Below, in pieces: positions 1 through 11,919 of a stretch of 64,000 nt of DNA. Numbering within the stretch: the first letter of the stretch is position 1; each line of letters starts with the position of its first letter. The position numbers and the translations under genes are program-made. The notes below the pieces were generated by a model. That model was not told the DNA's origin. It saw nothing but the letters and a program-made list of their open reading frames with translations, and ran no database searches. The stretch lies in assembly GCA_964016885.1 (NCBI GenBank), contig OZ024743.1:369086001-369150000 (forward strand). The letters run 5' to 3'. This DNA comes from Eledone cirrhosa. Taxonomy: Eukaryota.

Positions 1-244
1 ATTTGCCTAGTTTCCTTAATCATTGAATTATAGATTAAAATAACACAATCAAATTAGTTAATTTGTTGTTATAGTAATATTTGTGTCTTAGTACAATGAG
101 AGCAGGTCTTAGTACAGCATGAGCCGACAACTTCAGTCAACAGATCTACCACAATGGCATGTCTAATCCTACTGTCAAGTTTCATAGATACTCTACTCTC
201 TGAAATGTTTTCAATACATAGCTTAGAGGGTGTGATGAGACTCC

Positions 245-371
245 TAACAACAATACCACTACTACCAGCACCTTCACCAGCACCATCACCACCACCACCA
301 CCAACTCCACCACCAACAACAACAACTACAACAACAACAACCACAGCAGCAGCCACAACAACAACAACAGC
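245..371. repeat. compound (ACC/ACA/GCA)n trinucleotide microsatellite
   Basis: Direct reading; explains the poly-P/T/V ORFs at 69-393. Confidence 0.9.
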
Positions 372-1194
372 ATATCTGTATCTCAGCAAATGAAGAAATC
401 TCTATATGAGCTTTTGACTGTAAGATAGTAGCCAAATCTCATACAAATGACACCCTACCATCTTACTAAAAAGGAAAAAGATGTAGTTTTAGATCACCTG
501 CTGAGTGATGGGCTCTACCCAAGATGATGATGATGATGATGTGATATCAAAATCTTCATTTCTTTGCTAATGAAAGCTACCTCCACAAAACATCAATGTA
601 TGACATATAGGAAAAACTTCAATTCCAACTTAATTCTGCCAGTATTATGAAAAATATCCAGATGGGAAAATTGTCAGTAAAATTTCAATTTTTTTTAAAA
701 TATATAATTTGAAGTTTAATTACTCTGTGGTCATATAAATATTGTTTTGAAAAACAATGAAATAGCCAAGAACAGAATGTTATTAATTAAAAGTTTATTG
801 AATGCAGCAATTGTGTTGATTTCACCAACCTGAGATAGAGCTATGAGTGTTGCTCTTACCTAGCAAAAGCATAAGGTCTCTCATTTTGGTGGAAGGTAAA
901 GTTGATTAAGATCTATTGTATATACTCATATATAAGCCAAGAAATGCATGACAAAAAAAAGATCAAAGGTAAAATGGGGCAGTTTATATTAAAGGTCAAT
1001 ACTTTGTTGATTTTAACTTTAAAATTCTACATAAATGAGGTGCTAAAATATTACGTTTGAAGGTAAATGCTACACCAGTTTCCCTTTGAGTTGAATATTA
1101 CACTGGTTTCACTTTTGAAGCGAAATTTACATTTCCTAATGTTTTTGATATGTTTTGAATGCATATGGCCATCAAAACAGTTAGAAATTGGTAA

Positions 1195-1435
1195 AAAATA
1201 AGTGCTGCAAAGACTGAGACACTCATCCTCTCAAGGAAGCCTGCACAATGCACTCTACATGTGTGTACAATTCCACTGAAGCAGATGGAGAAGCTCAACT
1301 CTCAAGGTTGTGTTCACAAGTGATGGAAGGCAGGAGGTTGAAATGAGTGCAAGAATTTCAGGAGCTGGTGCAATAATGTGCCAGCTTCAGCATTCGGTAA
1401 TCAGAAGACGAAAGGTAGGTTTAAAAGCCAAACAT
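1195..1435 (+). mobile_element. degenerate RTE (Expander/Rex3-like) LINE RT fragment
   Basis: Translates across a frameshift to ISAAKTETLILSRKPAQCTLHV..PLKQMEK / VVFTSDGRQEVEMSARISGAGAIM, the post-YADD region of Expander-type RTEs. Confidence 0.65.
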
Positions 1436-1482
1436 GCTATCTTCAATCCGGTATGGAGGCAAATTTGGAGGGAGATGAGAAA

Positions 1483-1493
1483 CTAGTAGTAGT

Positions 1494-1592
<99 letters not shown>

Positions 1593-1612
1593 AGTGCTGG
1601 TGGTGCTGGTGT
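1483..1612. repeat. (GCA)n(GTA)n compound microsatellite
   Basis: Direct reading. Confidence 0.95.
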
Positions 1613-2011
1613 TGCTTAGTTTTGACTTAGCTATTCTACAATAAACAATATTCCAAACATGACCATCAATCATATCTTCTTTTTTTTAAACAGGTGTATA
1701 TCGAATCACATTGGTGCATTCATTTTTAAAACAGTAAGACAAATCATCAGACAGAAGTAGAGTTGACTGCTGTTTCTAGCATTTTGAGCTACCTGATAGA
1801 CACCTCCCTCATTGGTTCATAAGTCATAGTAGTTTTAGATCCATGATGTGAAATATGTCAGTTAGAATGTTCAGTTGTATTACACTAATAATGCCTCATG
1901 TTTAAAAGTCATAAAGCCAATTATTGTTTGGATGACCCGGAAAATAGTAATTTCACTGCTACATACTAATACTTAATTAGCTTTTTTCAATTTTTCAAGT
2001 CATGCAATCAT

Positions 2012-2330
2012 GGGGTGTGGTATGGTGTAGTGTGATGTGTTGTGGTGTGGTGTGGAGTTGTGTGGGGTGATGTGGTATGGTATGAGTGTTGTGGTGTGGT
2101 GTGGAGTTGTGTGGTGTGGTATGATGTGGTGTGGAGTTGTGTGGTGTGGAGTTGTGTGGTGTGGTATGGTGTGGTGTGGTGTTGAGTTGTCTGGTGTGGT
2201 GTTGTGTGGTGTGGTGTGGTATGGCATGGTTTGAGTGTTGTGTTGTGGTGTAGTGTGGTATGGTGTGGTATGGTGTGGTGTGTTGTGGTGTGGAGTTGTG
2301 TGGTGTGGCATGGTGGGGTTGGGTGTGGGA
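2012..2330. repeat. (TGTGG)n pentanucleotide repeat, degenerate
   Basis: Direct reading; source of the H/T/P-rich spurious ORFs. Confidence 0.9.
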
Positions 2331-2509
2331 GCTGCCACCCTTCAGCCATTCCATTTATGTCTGGTATGACAAAAAAAAAAACCCAGCTATTGCTAAACAG
2401 TTAACCTTTTCATGTCTGTTGTACTTTTAGTAAAACAATGTTTGTTTGGTTCTAGAAATGGTGAAGCATAGCTACTTTTGCATGTATATGTATGTGTGAG
2501 TTCTGGTCA

Positions 2510-2670
2510 CACCATGGTCAAATAGTTAAGAAGTTTGCTTCCCAATCATTAAGTCTGAGGTTCAATCCCACTATGTGATATCTTGAGAGTCTGATTTACT
2601 ATAGCCTCGGGTTAACCAATGCATTGTGAGTGGGACTGGGTAGACAGAAATTGTTTGGAAGGGCATACAA
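2510..2670 (+). mobile_element. degenerate tRNA-derived SINE (octopus-type)
   Basis: B-box-like GGTTCAATCCC, followed by ..atagcctcgggttaaccaatgcattgtgagtgg; a related head fragment lies at about 43996-44070. Confidence 0.55.
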
Positions 2671-3910
2671 TGAACTGTACTTGTAATTAAAAAGGCAAGC
2701 CTTGTCACTGACAGTACCATACTGAATTTCCCTGAGAATTACGTTAAGAGTACATGTGTCTGTAGAATGCTTATTAACAGATTGTTCTATTAATTGAACA
2801 ACTGGAACACTGATCAGTAAATCTGACTGAAGTTCATTCCATTTAATCTGTATGAGTGTGTTAGTGTGTGTGTGTGTGTCGATGTGCATGTGTGTTGATT
2901 TGTGTGAGTGCGTGTGTGTGTTTGCATGTGTGTGCATATGTGTGCATCTGCATGTGTTTGCATAATTGTATTTGCCATGCGTGTGCATGTGTGTGTGCAT
3001 GTGTGTGTTGTTTTTGTTGTTGTTTAGTCTCAGGTCAACTCTACTTAATCGACCTATCATCACAACCATCCCACCTGTGAGACCAGCCTGTCCATTTTTT
3101 TATCAGACATATCAATATCATATCTAAAACTACATTATGTCATGTGTCATTCCTTTTAAAGTACATTTTGAGAGGAATTTGGCTATTTTTTGTAGCACAT
3201 CAAACCACCATATAGAGGCACCCTGACCTCATATTTCAATTCTGGCATCATATGTATTCCAATTTTTGTAATATTTGAATTTAAGGTACATCAGAGATGG
3301 GAATATGAGTTGTGAGTATTCTACAGACACATGTACTCTTAATGTAGTTCTCAGGAAGATTCAGTGTGGTATTGTGAGTGACAAGGCTGGCCTTTAAATT
3401 AAAATAACACCAGAGCTGGGAATATGAGTTGTTAGTAGATGCTTAGGAGTGAAGTGGGGAGGATGAAGTTTACTTATATCTGTTTTGTGTCTAACTAAAG
3501 ATGTTAACATGTGTGACAACTCACCAAAAAAGAAATCAAATAATTGAAATATTTACATCAATAGTTCTTACAAACTTAAGGCAACACAGTCAAAAGCCTG
3601 CTTTGTTTAGTGTGTTTTTTTCAAAGGCAACAGGCATGTCACTATATGAGATTGCAACATTTCAACAAGCTTCGTGTTATGGAGAACTTTGAGTATATGG
3701 AATCGATACCATTAAAAGAAATCATAAGTATTCAAATATTCTTTCTTCCTCATCTCTGTTTGGACATACATTCATTATATATATATATATTTTGAAAAGA
3801 TTATATTCAATTCAAAACCTTAAAAGATCATGGTAAAGGAAGAGAGCTATAAGTTTTTAAAAAATAAGTGAGAAAGACTAGTTTACTGTGCAGTATGTGG
3901 ATACTGAATA

Positions 3911-4103
3911 AATAATTGTTTCTACTTTTGGCACAAGGCCAGCAATTACCCAGTGTATTACTGGTACTTTATTTTATCGACCCCGTAAGGATGAAAGGCA
4001 AAGTTAACCTCGGCGGGATTTGAACTCAGAATGGCAAGGGCCGTAACTCTTTGCGTCAAAGCATGGTGTCCGACCCTCTACCGATACTGCCAATCCACCA
4101 CCC
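3911..4103 (-). mobile_element. tRNA-derived SINE with Nin/Deu-like central domain
   Basis: Minus strand: A box TGGCAGTATCGG, B box GAGTTCAAATCCC, core GCCTTTCATCCTTACGGGGTCGATAAAATAAAGTACC, tail GGCCTTGTGCCAAAAGTAGAAACAATTAT; about 10 copies in the window. Confidence 0.85.
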
Positions 4104-4671
4104 TCTGCCAATCCAATGGCAATTCAAGGCCATTGGTTCACTTTCTAACCAAATATTTTTATCCATGAATTCTGTAAGTACAAATTTTCATTTTGAAAAA
4201 TAAATTTCTACACAGACCTTGCTCCTGAATATATACACAGAAATCAGAAACCCACACTTTCACATACACACAAGAGAGAGAAGGGAAAATAACAGTAAAG
4301 AACACAAAAGAAGAAAAAATATAAGAGGATTATTAGACAACATTTCTCCAAAATAATAATAAAATAATTTTTTAAATGGTCAGAGAACGAAATCAACATT
4401 CTAATATATATATATAGTTTTGTTTTTCTCAAACAGAAAATGTATCTTGTCTGAACCACATTGACAAAAAATCATAAACGTAAAAAAAAAAAACATTCAG
4501 AGAAACAGATTTTGAACAAAGTGAGGCTGATTGAAGAATCTTTCAAATCAATTTATAGGTATTTTAAAGTGACAGAGATTTCCATAATTGTTCTTTTTTT
4601 TTGTTTTTTATTTGTATAGTCGTTTTATTAATAAAAAAATAATAAAAAATAATAAACAAATCTATTTCAAA

Positions 4672-4812
4672 TAACTGTTTCGACTTTTGGCACAAGGCCA
4701 GCAATTATCCAGTGCATTACTGGTACTTTATTTTATCGACCCCGTAAGGATGAAAGGCAAAGTTAACCTCGGCGGGATTTGAACTCAAACCATAAAGGGG
4801 CGTAACTCTTTG
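4672..4812 (-). mobile_element. Nin/Deu-type SINE, 5'-truncated copy
   Basis: Near-identical to 3911-4050. Confidence 0.8.
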
Positions 4813-4844
4813 CTGTTTCAAATAACAACAACACAACAGATATT

Positions 4845-6630
4845 TAATAACAGAAAAGGAAGGGAAAGGCAAGGGCTCTATGGTCCCAGAAAAATGAGAG
4901 GGAGTAGGGGAGGGTGAGGCCTAGGGCACGGAGGTGTTGGAGTTGTGCCCTGCGGACAATGGCTAGTGACACCCACTGCAACAGGCACCCCAACTTGCGG
5001 GACTCTTTCCTCAGATGGGTTGCTGACGTTCCTATCTTGCATAGAAGCTTAGCAGTGCAGAGTCCAAGTACACCTGAAGTCTCAACGGTAACCAGTGCGA
5101 AGAGGAAGCAGCCGGACAATCCCCAGTATTTGTTTATCTTCCTTTCCTCTGCATGGTGGTCCGTGGTACCAGGGTTTGTGGCAAAAGCGACTAAGTTGGA
5201 GGTGGAGAATGTGTCACAACATGTGGTGTCCCAGATGAGGGATCTACCACTTCAAATGGGAAGAGGGTAATTCTGTCAGGGCGCTTGCGGTCGAGGCCAG
5301 CTGCATCCAGACATTGGGCCACTCTGATGCGAGTGCACTTGTCATCAAAAAGGGTTGATGAGGAGGGCACTGCTGTTTGGCTGTAAAGCAGAGCGGAGGT
5401 AGGTGAGGGAGTGTTGGTCCAAGCCAGACTTGATCCACTTGAAGGAAGACCTGCTTTTGATGTCATCCCAGTTATGCTAGACATTTATGTACTGGGGACA
5501 GAGAGGCCTGCAAATGTCCAGTTAGCCAGAGCCTGCTCGAGCTCTGGGGCCACATCATGATCTTGCTGAAGACCTCACTGATAAGAGTACAACTGGAGGA
5601 GATTGAAGAAAGGTAAGCCAGTAGAGCCAGATCCGAAGGAGATTGGAGGCCGAGGCCACCAAACCTTGGAGAGCCAAGAATGCATGTGGCATATTTGGGT
5701 GTTAGCCAAGCCCCAGGAAGGACGAGATGAGTGTTGAGTATGATGTTGTGGAATTCGGCCTCTCCTTAGCTAACATTTGTCACCTCAGACTTGGATGGGT
5801 TGTTGTTCTCTAGTCTGAAGTGCTTTAGCCAAGCCACCCAGAGTCATGTCATCCAGGTGCCAAACGTTAAGGGGTGACTGGACCAAGTGGGCAACATCGT
5901 TGATTGCCAGTGCAAAAAGGAGTGGGCTGAGTGGGTCTCCTTGCTTGACACTCGTGGCAGAAATAACCCTGTTATCAGCAGCCATGAGTAAGCTGGGTTT
6001 TACGTACATGATTCTGCCTAATGCTGTTGAAGGCATTTGTCATGTCCAATTTCACAAGGAGATGGGGTGACAAAGGAGATGCGTGCTCTATGAAATGTGA
6101 GGCTGCATGAGCTGCAGCCTCACATCCACACTGGATAGGACTTAGCACCTTGCTCAGGTTGTCTTTGACTGGCTTGCAAGCTTTCTTGGCTACAAGTTGT
6201 CGGAAGACGTTGCCCACTGCAATGGGCAGATGCCTCCATCATTCTTCTTCAGGGCAGTCTCACTGGCTGAGAAGAAAAGATAATGGGCATGGCAGGGCAA
6301 TTTGGCATGGAGGAGACAGTTGGTGAGGGCTGTTAGCAACTTGAACAATCAGGCCCCTGCCTCTGCAGTGACAGGTGAGATGAGATCTCTGAGGTAGCCA
6401 GTGTACCTGGGAAGGATCTCAGGGCAGCTGCTACATCCACTAGACGCAGGTTGGGAAAGGTTGCTAGCTATGGCTAGAATGTCCCTGATGTCGGCTGGTG
6501 GGGCCAGATGTTTGTGGCAAAATGCTGATAAGACATCCGGTATGGGCTGGAGTACAGTGTCACTCGAGACCAGCACACATACCACCACCGAAACGTCACC
6601 CTCAATTAGTTTGAGGTTGACTCTGTCCTA
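4845..6630 (-). mobile_element. degenerate CRE-clade (RT + restriction-like endonuclease) non-LTR retrotransposon
   Basis: Fragments: GNVFRQLVAK, GCEAAAHA, KLDMTNAFNSI, VKQGDPLSPLLFALAI, WHLDD (RT); KRPDRITLFPF..GRSLIWDTTC, VETSGVLG, LQWVSLAIVR (RLE); frameshifts and stops. Confidence 0.8.
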
Positions 6631-7042
6631 AAAGTGTTAAATATTACATACTGGAGGGAAGTAGAAATACCCTGATGTATCACAGATCTGGATAGGATAT
6701 TTAAAGTATACCACAAGAATATCTTAAAGACTTGTCCATAACTCTGGCTTGAAATTTTCTTATCAGTAGTTGATATTTACCCTCCAGGTCTTTCATAACT
6801 GATGGAATTTGTTAAAAATAGCTGAGTAAGAAGAGAAAGGAAAAATGAATAAATAAATAAAGAAATAAAAATAAAAAAATATATATAAACAAAATTAATA
6901 AAATATTTTCAGAATAAGTTAATTTTATTATTGTTAGCTTTAGTGTTTAGATTGTCAAAGATTGGATCTTTGTATTCTTGGCAATAACCGGCTTTTGATT
7001 GCTTTCAAGCCTTTACTGTTATGTAATAATATGTGTGTGTGT

Positions 7043-10000
7043 ATCATCATCATCATCATCAACGTTTAACGTCCGTGTTCCACGCTTGCATGGGTTTGGA
7101 CGGGGGTAGTCCCACTTGAGGCAAGAGTGATTGTCTTGCTCGCATAGGACTATCTGGCAGGTTTTCTACAGTTGGATGCCCTTCCTAACACCAACCACAT
7201 TTACAGTGTGGGTCTGGGAGGTTTTTACCGTGTTGCCTACACGGCCACATTACAGCGTGGACTGTGTGTTTTTTTTGTCGTGACACCTACACGATCTCAT
7301 TTGTTTCGGCCTGGATGGCACGGCACCAACATAACTTTACATAGAACGGGGTGGTGGCGGGACGGGGTGTATTTTGTTAGAGATGCCTACTGGCAAGGCG
7401 GGTCTTCTCTGTTACTGAGTACCGCCAAAGGTCACGGTCCAGTGACATTGTCTTGGAGAGGTGTAAGTGTGTGAGGTCGGAGTTTATCAGCTCATCCCAT
7501 GTTTTTCTAGGTCTGCCTATTCCGTGGCTACCGTCTATCTTTATTGCCCTGCACTTTGTAATACAGCTATCGACTTTCATGCGCATCACGTGTCCATACC
7601 AACGCAGCCTTCTCTCGAGTAAACAACATCTGATCCCTCTTATCTCTAATTTTTTCCTTAGTTCGTTTATGCTTTGCCGTTCACGTATATTACTGTTACA
7701 CATCCAGCGGAGCATGCAAGCTTCGTTCCTCTCTAGTCTGCGTATATCCTCTGCACACAATGCCCAGGTCTCACTGCCATGCAACATTGCTGTTCGTATG
7801 CAGGCAGCGTACAACCTGCCTTTCCTTTTTAGGGAGAACCCTTTAGCAGCTAATAGTGGTATAAGCTCTCTGAACTTTTTCCAACCAGTTCTGACTCTAG
7901 CTACAGTACTTTCAGAGCACCCTCCCCCACTGCTGATTTTATCGCCCAGGTAACGGAAGCTGTCCACTATTTCTATAGAACCCTCTGCGCAATTGAAAGA
8001 GCTAGTATTTTGTGGGCACTTGCTGCTACTTATTGCACCAGAACACCGGCCACATGTAAAGTCTATGTTCTTAGTTAGCTTACCTGTGATCCCACTACAT
8101 CTTTTATGCACCCATACTTTGCATTTAGGACATAAGATGGAGTTTCTACCTATGCCTTTCCTACATACCGAGCACGACCATTTCCCAGAAGGGACCGCCG
8201 CCTTGTTTTCTTTCCTACAAACTAGAACTTTGGTCTTAGCCAGGTTAATTTTAAGTCCTTTTGACTCTAGGCCGTGCTTCCATGTTTGGAATTTCTTCTC
8301 TAGCTCGGCCATTGATTCCGCTATGAGTGTCAGGTCGTCTGCGTATAGGAGTTCCCATGGGCAGCCTGTCTTGAACTCCTCTGTTATAGCCTGAAGGGCA
8401 ATAATAAATAGTAGGGGGCTGAGAACAGAGCCCTGATGGACGCCAACTTTTACGCTAAACTCTTCACTATATTCGTTGTTAATTCTAACCTTGCTGACTG
8501 TTTCTTTATACATGGCTTGTATAGCCCTCACAAGCCATTCGTCAACGCCTAGTTTTCTAAGAGCCCACCAGATAATGGAGCGGGGGACTCTGTCGAAGGC
8601 TTTCTCCAGGTCGACAAAAGCTAAGTAGAGGGGTTTACCTTTAGCTAGGTACTTCTCCTGTAGTTGTCGTACTATGAAAAGAGCGTCTGTGGTGCTTTTG
8701 CCTGACACAAACCCGAACTGCATTTCATCTAGATCAATTCTCTCTCTGATTAGTTGCGCTATTACTTTTTCCGTGACCTTCATGACCTGGTCGATTAATT
8801 TAATGCCTCTATAGTTACTCCTATCTAGGGCGTCTCCTTTACCCTTATAACAGTTAACGATGATGCTGCTATGCCAGTCCTTCGGAACAACCCCATTCTG
8901 TACGACTTGGTTAACTATGCGGGTGACCATGGTGTGTCCCACCGTGCCAGATGCCTTCAGCATCTCAGCAACTATTTCCGAAGGCCCAGCCGCCTTACCA
9001 GTCTTCATATCCTTGATTGCCTTACTTATTATACTCCCCTCGACTAACACTGCTGGTCCCTCTATCGGGTCGATATGGGGGAGACTGTCTTTCTCCCATT
9101 TATTCTCCTCATTTAGTAGCCTTTCATAGTGACACTTCCAAGCTACCTTCTTATCAGTGTCGGTGATGGCAAGTATGCCATCATCGTTAAGTACACACTT
9201 CTCCCCGACAATATTACGGTTTTCCTTGACGCATTGCCTGGCAATCCTGAACACCTCACGTTTTTGGTCATCGCGTTGTAGAACATGCTTGAACTTTCTT
9301 TCCTCAGCTTCCCTTCTTGCTAAGTACACTTCTCTCCTAGCTTCCCTCCTGGCCACTTGATAGTCTACTCTACTTCCCCCATCCCGCCATACTTTCCAAG
9401 CCTGCTTTTTGGCCTTAATTGACCCCTCCACCCTACTGTTCCACCACCATGTTACTCTCCTCCTGCCTACAGGCCTGCTCCAGCCACAGACTTCGTCTGT
9501 CGCCAACAGCAGGTTTGCTTTCAGAAATTTCCACTGTCCCTCTATATTGTCCGATTCTAGATGCTCTTCCTTACTGTCGAAAGCATCAAGTAATATGCTT
9601 TGAAATTTATTTCTGGCTGTGGGGTCCTTTAGTTTCCATATTTTCCTCCTGAGGATAGTCCTCTTCTGCTGTCGAGTACGTCTCGTCCTGACTATGAGGT
9701 CGCTAATTATCAGTCTATGTTGGGAGGTGCATTCTTCATGGGGGAGGGATTTAGTGTTTACAACAGACACTCTGTCACGTCTTCTGGTAAGGATATAATC
9801 TACCTGGCTTGTGTGTTCCCCGGATCTATAGGTGATCAGGTGATTGTCACGTTTTTTGAAGTTAGTGTTACAGATAGTTAGGTTATTTGCATCACAGTAT
9901 TCCAGGATTCTGGAGCCTTCCTCATTTCTAGTACCAAACCCATAGCCTCCATGGATTTCGTCGTAGCCGTCACAATGTTGTCCAACGTGACCATTTAGGT

Positions 10001-10677
10001 CGCCTGCAATAATTATATAGTCACTGTCAGATATTTGGGAGGTAGTTAGCAACAGTGTCTCATAGAATCTGTCTTTTATAGTGCCGGGCAGTCCGGATTG
10101 GGGTGCGTACGCAGATATTACTGTCACCGTAGTTCTATTGAGGACAAGTCTTATTTTAATTATTCTGTCGTTCACTCTATTTACGTCTATTATCTTATCT
10201 GCCCACTTTTCTGCTACCATGATTCCTACTCCACCCAGCCCATCGTCGTTTCCCACCCAGAAAAGCTTATAACATCGTTTTTTACCCTCAATGAATCTAG
10301 CAGACCCACCCCTCCACCTGGTCTCTTGAATACAACAAACATCGACCTCCTTACGTTCAAGCATTTCTACAACCTCGTTAGCGCGACCCTTTAGGGTGCC
10401 TACATTTATGGTACCAACTCTGAAGTTTTGGGTTGCGTTTGGAGGGTGGGGGTGGTGGGGGGCGGGAGGAGATAGGGTTATGTTAGCCATCCGCGGACGA
10501 AACAAAGAGGAGTGCTCGCATTCTCGTCCACGAGGTGAATTTGACTTTAACTTTGGCATTTTCGCTCTGAGCGTCCAGATTTTTCTCTCCCTTCCACTCT
10601 CCAGGATTCCGCAGTCCGTCCGTCCATCCATCCATCCATCATATATCGAAGGCAACCGGGCAAGCGATAGTATAGGC

Positions 10678-10680
<3 letters not shown>
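7043..10680 (-). mobile_element. full-length RTE-clade LINE, potentially active
   Basis: Single long ORF, ~330-nt 3' UTR ending in a (GAT)n tail at 7043-7060; 5' end abuts a (TA)n tract. Confidence 0.92.
7377..10559 (-). CDS. RTE LINE ORF: APE endonuclease + reverse transcriptase with internal PHD-type zinc finger (1060 aa from ATG at 10559)
   Basis: APE motifs [38 protein letters not shown]; RT motifs [44 protein letters not shown]; no stops. The N-terminal 81 aa of the track ORF are microsatellite/UTR read-through. Confidence 0.93.
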   Translation of the reverse strand: MPKLKSNSPRGRECEHSSLFRPRMANITLSPPAPHHPHPPNATQNFRVGTINVGTLKGRANEVVEMLERKEVDVCCIQETRWRGGSARFIEGKKRCYKLFWVGNDDGLGGVGIMVAEKWADKIIDVNRVNDRIIKIRLVLNRTTVTVISAYAPQSGLPGTIKDRFYETLLLTTSQISDSDYIIIAGDLNGHVGQHCDGYDEIHGGYGFGTRNEEGSRILEYCDANNLTICNTNFKKRDNHLITYRSGEHTSQVDYILTRRRDRVSVVNTKSLPHEECTSQHRLIISDLIVRTRRTRQQKRTILRRKIWKLKDPTARNKFQSILLDAFDSKEEHLESDNIEGQWKFLKANLLLATDEVCGWSRPVGRRRVTWWWNSRVEGSIKAKKQAWKVWRDGGSRVDYQVARREARREVYLARREAEERKFKHVLQRDDQKREVFRIARQCVKENRNIVGEKCVLNDDGILAITDTDKKVAWKCHYERLLNEENKWEKDSLPHIDPIEGPAVLVEGSIISKAIKDMKTGKAAGPSEIVAEMLKASGTVGHTMVTRIVNQVVQNGVVPKDWHSSIIVNCYKGKGDALDRSNYRGIKLIDQVMKVTEKVIAQLIRERIDLDEMQFGFVSGKSTTDALFIVRQLQEKYLAKGKPLYLAFVDLEKAFDRVPRSIIWWALRKLGVDEWLVRAIQAMYKETVSKVRINNEYSEEFSVKVGVHQGSVLSPLLFIIALQAITEEFKTGCPWELLYADDLTLIAESMAELEKKFQTWKHGLESKGLKINLAKTKVLVCRKENKAAVPSGKWSCSVCRKGIGRNSILCPKCKVWVHKRCSGITGKLTKNIDFTCGRCSGAISSSKCPQNTSSFNCAEGSIEIVDSFRYLGDKISSGGGCSESTVARVRTGWKKFRELIPLLAAKGFSLKRKGRLYAACIRTAMLHGSETWALCAEDIRRLERNEACMLRWMCNSNIRERQSINELRKKLEIRGIRCCLLERRLRWYGHVMRMKVDSCITKCRAIKIDGSHGIGRPRKTWDELINSDLTHLHLSKTMSLDRDLWRYSVTEKTRLASRHL

Positions 10681-10732
<52 letters not shown>

Positions 10733-10789
10733 TATATATATATGTATATATATGCATGTATATAATATGTATATATACATATATACATG

Positions 10790-10821
<32 letters not shown>

Positions 10822-10822
10822 C
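10681..10822. repeat. (TA)n/(CA)n microsatellite between two head-to-head RTE copies
   Basis: Direct reading. Confidence 0.9.
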
Positions 10823-10824
10823 GT

Positions 10825-11506
10825 ATGCAGTAGATGTACAGGGAAAATTGACAGTATTAATCGCAGTGATAGACACATTTTTCCAATGCAGGTGGGTTCT
10901 ATGGAAGTGGTTGATAGCTTCCAGTACCTAGGTGATCAGATTAGCATGGGAGGGGGGTGTTCCGAGGCCATAGTATCTAGAATAAGGATGGGTTGGAAGA
11001 AGTTTAGGGAGCTGCTTCCTTTGTTGACAAAGAAGGGTTTCTCCCTGTGTACGAAAGGACAGTTATATAATGCCTGTGTGAGATGCGCAATGCTGCATGA
11101 TAGTGAGACATGGACAGCAACTGCAGAAGATATGCGACGGCTGGAGAGAAATGAAGCAAGCATGCTCCGTTGGATGTGCAATGTCAATGTGTGTGAACGA
11201 CCAAGCATAGACGAGTTGAGAAAGAAACTGGGTATAAGAGGGAAAAGTTGATGGTATGGACATGTGATGCGCATGGAGGATGACCGCTGGGTAAAGAAGT
11301 GCCAAGAAATCACAGTAGAAGGAAGACGCAGTAGAGGTAGACCACATAAAACATGGGCGGAGGTGGTGAGAGCAGACCTCAGATCACTGAAACTCACCGA
11401 GGAGATGACAAAGGACTGTGACAAGTGGAGAGATGATGTGCTCAATAGGACCCATCCAACCCTTGCAAGCAGGGAAAAGTGGATGTTAAATAATGATGAT
11501 GATGAT
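10825..11506 (+). mobile_element. 5'-truncated RTE LINE (short-3'UTR subfamily)
   Basis: [33 protein letters not shown] homologous to the intact ORF C-terminus; ends ccttgcaagcagggaaaagtggatg..(GAT)n. Confidence 0.88.
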
Positions 11507-11918
11507 ATCGTAAATGAGTGAAGAATAATGTGGTCGGCTGTACAATAGGGTTTATTCAAAGTATTAATAATTGTTTCATTAGTCCGGTGTGTCTAAAAAT
11601 CACTGAATACAGATCAGTATTCTGATGATTTGGTCGGGTATCGACTGTAATTAAAATCGAGTGATGTAGCTCGGGTGATCAACGATTTTTAGACACATTA
11701 GACTAATGAAACAATTGTTAATACTTTGAATAAACCCTATTGTACAGCAGACCACATTATTCTTCACTCATTTACTATTATTACTCCAAGAACCGCTTAC
11801 CTAGGAGCTTTCTTAAATCGGCCATCCGACTAAGGAAACTTCGTCTTGAGTCACACGACGCCAAACGTTAAAACTATCCTTGATACAGAGTACTCATAAC
11901 CTCTACTTGGATTACCTT
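11507..11918 (+). mobile_element. non-coding Penelope-like/retrozyme-like element with ~95-bp inverted arms
   Basis: About 11507-11601 is the reverse complement of about 11683-11778; contains a hammerhead motif followed by AATAAA. Confidence 0.65.
11616..11725 (+). ncRNA. type I hammerhead ribozyme motif
   Basis: AGTATT-CTGATGA-TTTGGTC...GACTAAT-GAAA-CAATTG-TT-AATACT: stem I 6/6 paired, intact core, palindromic stem III, GUU cleavage triplet. Confidence 0.75.
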
Positions 11919-11919
11919 A

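Noticed and set aside
69-3080. Low-complexity ORFs (poly-V/T/A, HTTP repeats, CV repeats)
   Set aside because: Translations of microsatellites; the same applies at 29070-29316, 34381-34802, 50638-50892 and 52270-52507.
10440-10680. HDV-like ribozyme at the RTE 5' end (hairpin tcgtggacgag..ttcgtccgcgg followed by GGCTAA)
   Set aside because: A P4-like hairpin and J4/2-like motif exist, but I could not build P1, P1.1, P2 and P3 by eye; needs a motif search.
7453-10731. Antisense ORFs over the LINEs
   Set aside because: Shadow frames of the retroelement coding strand with no independent motifs.
10560-10802. N-terminal 81 aa of the 1141-aa ORF
   Set aside because: Stop-free read-through of the (TA)n microsatellite and 5' UTR rather than real protein.
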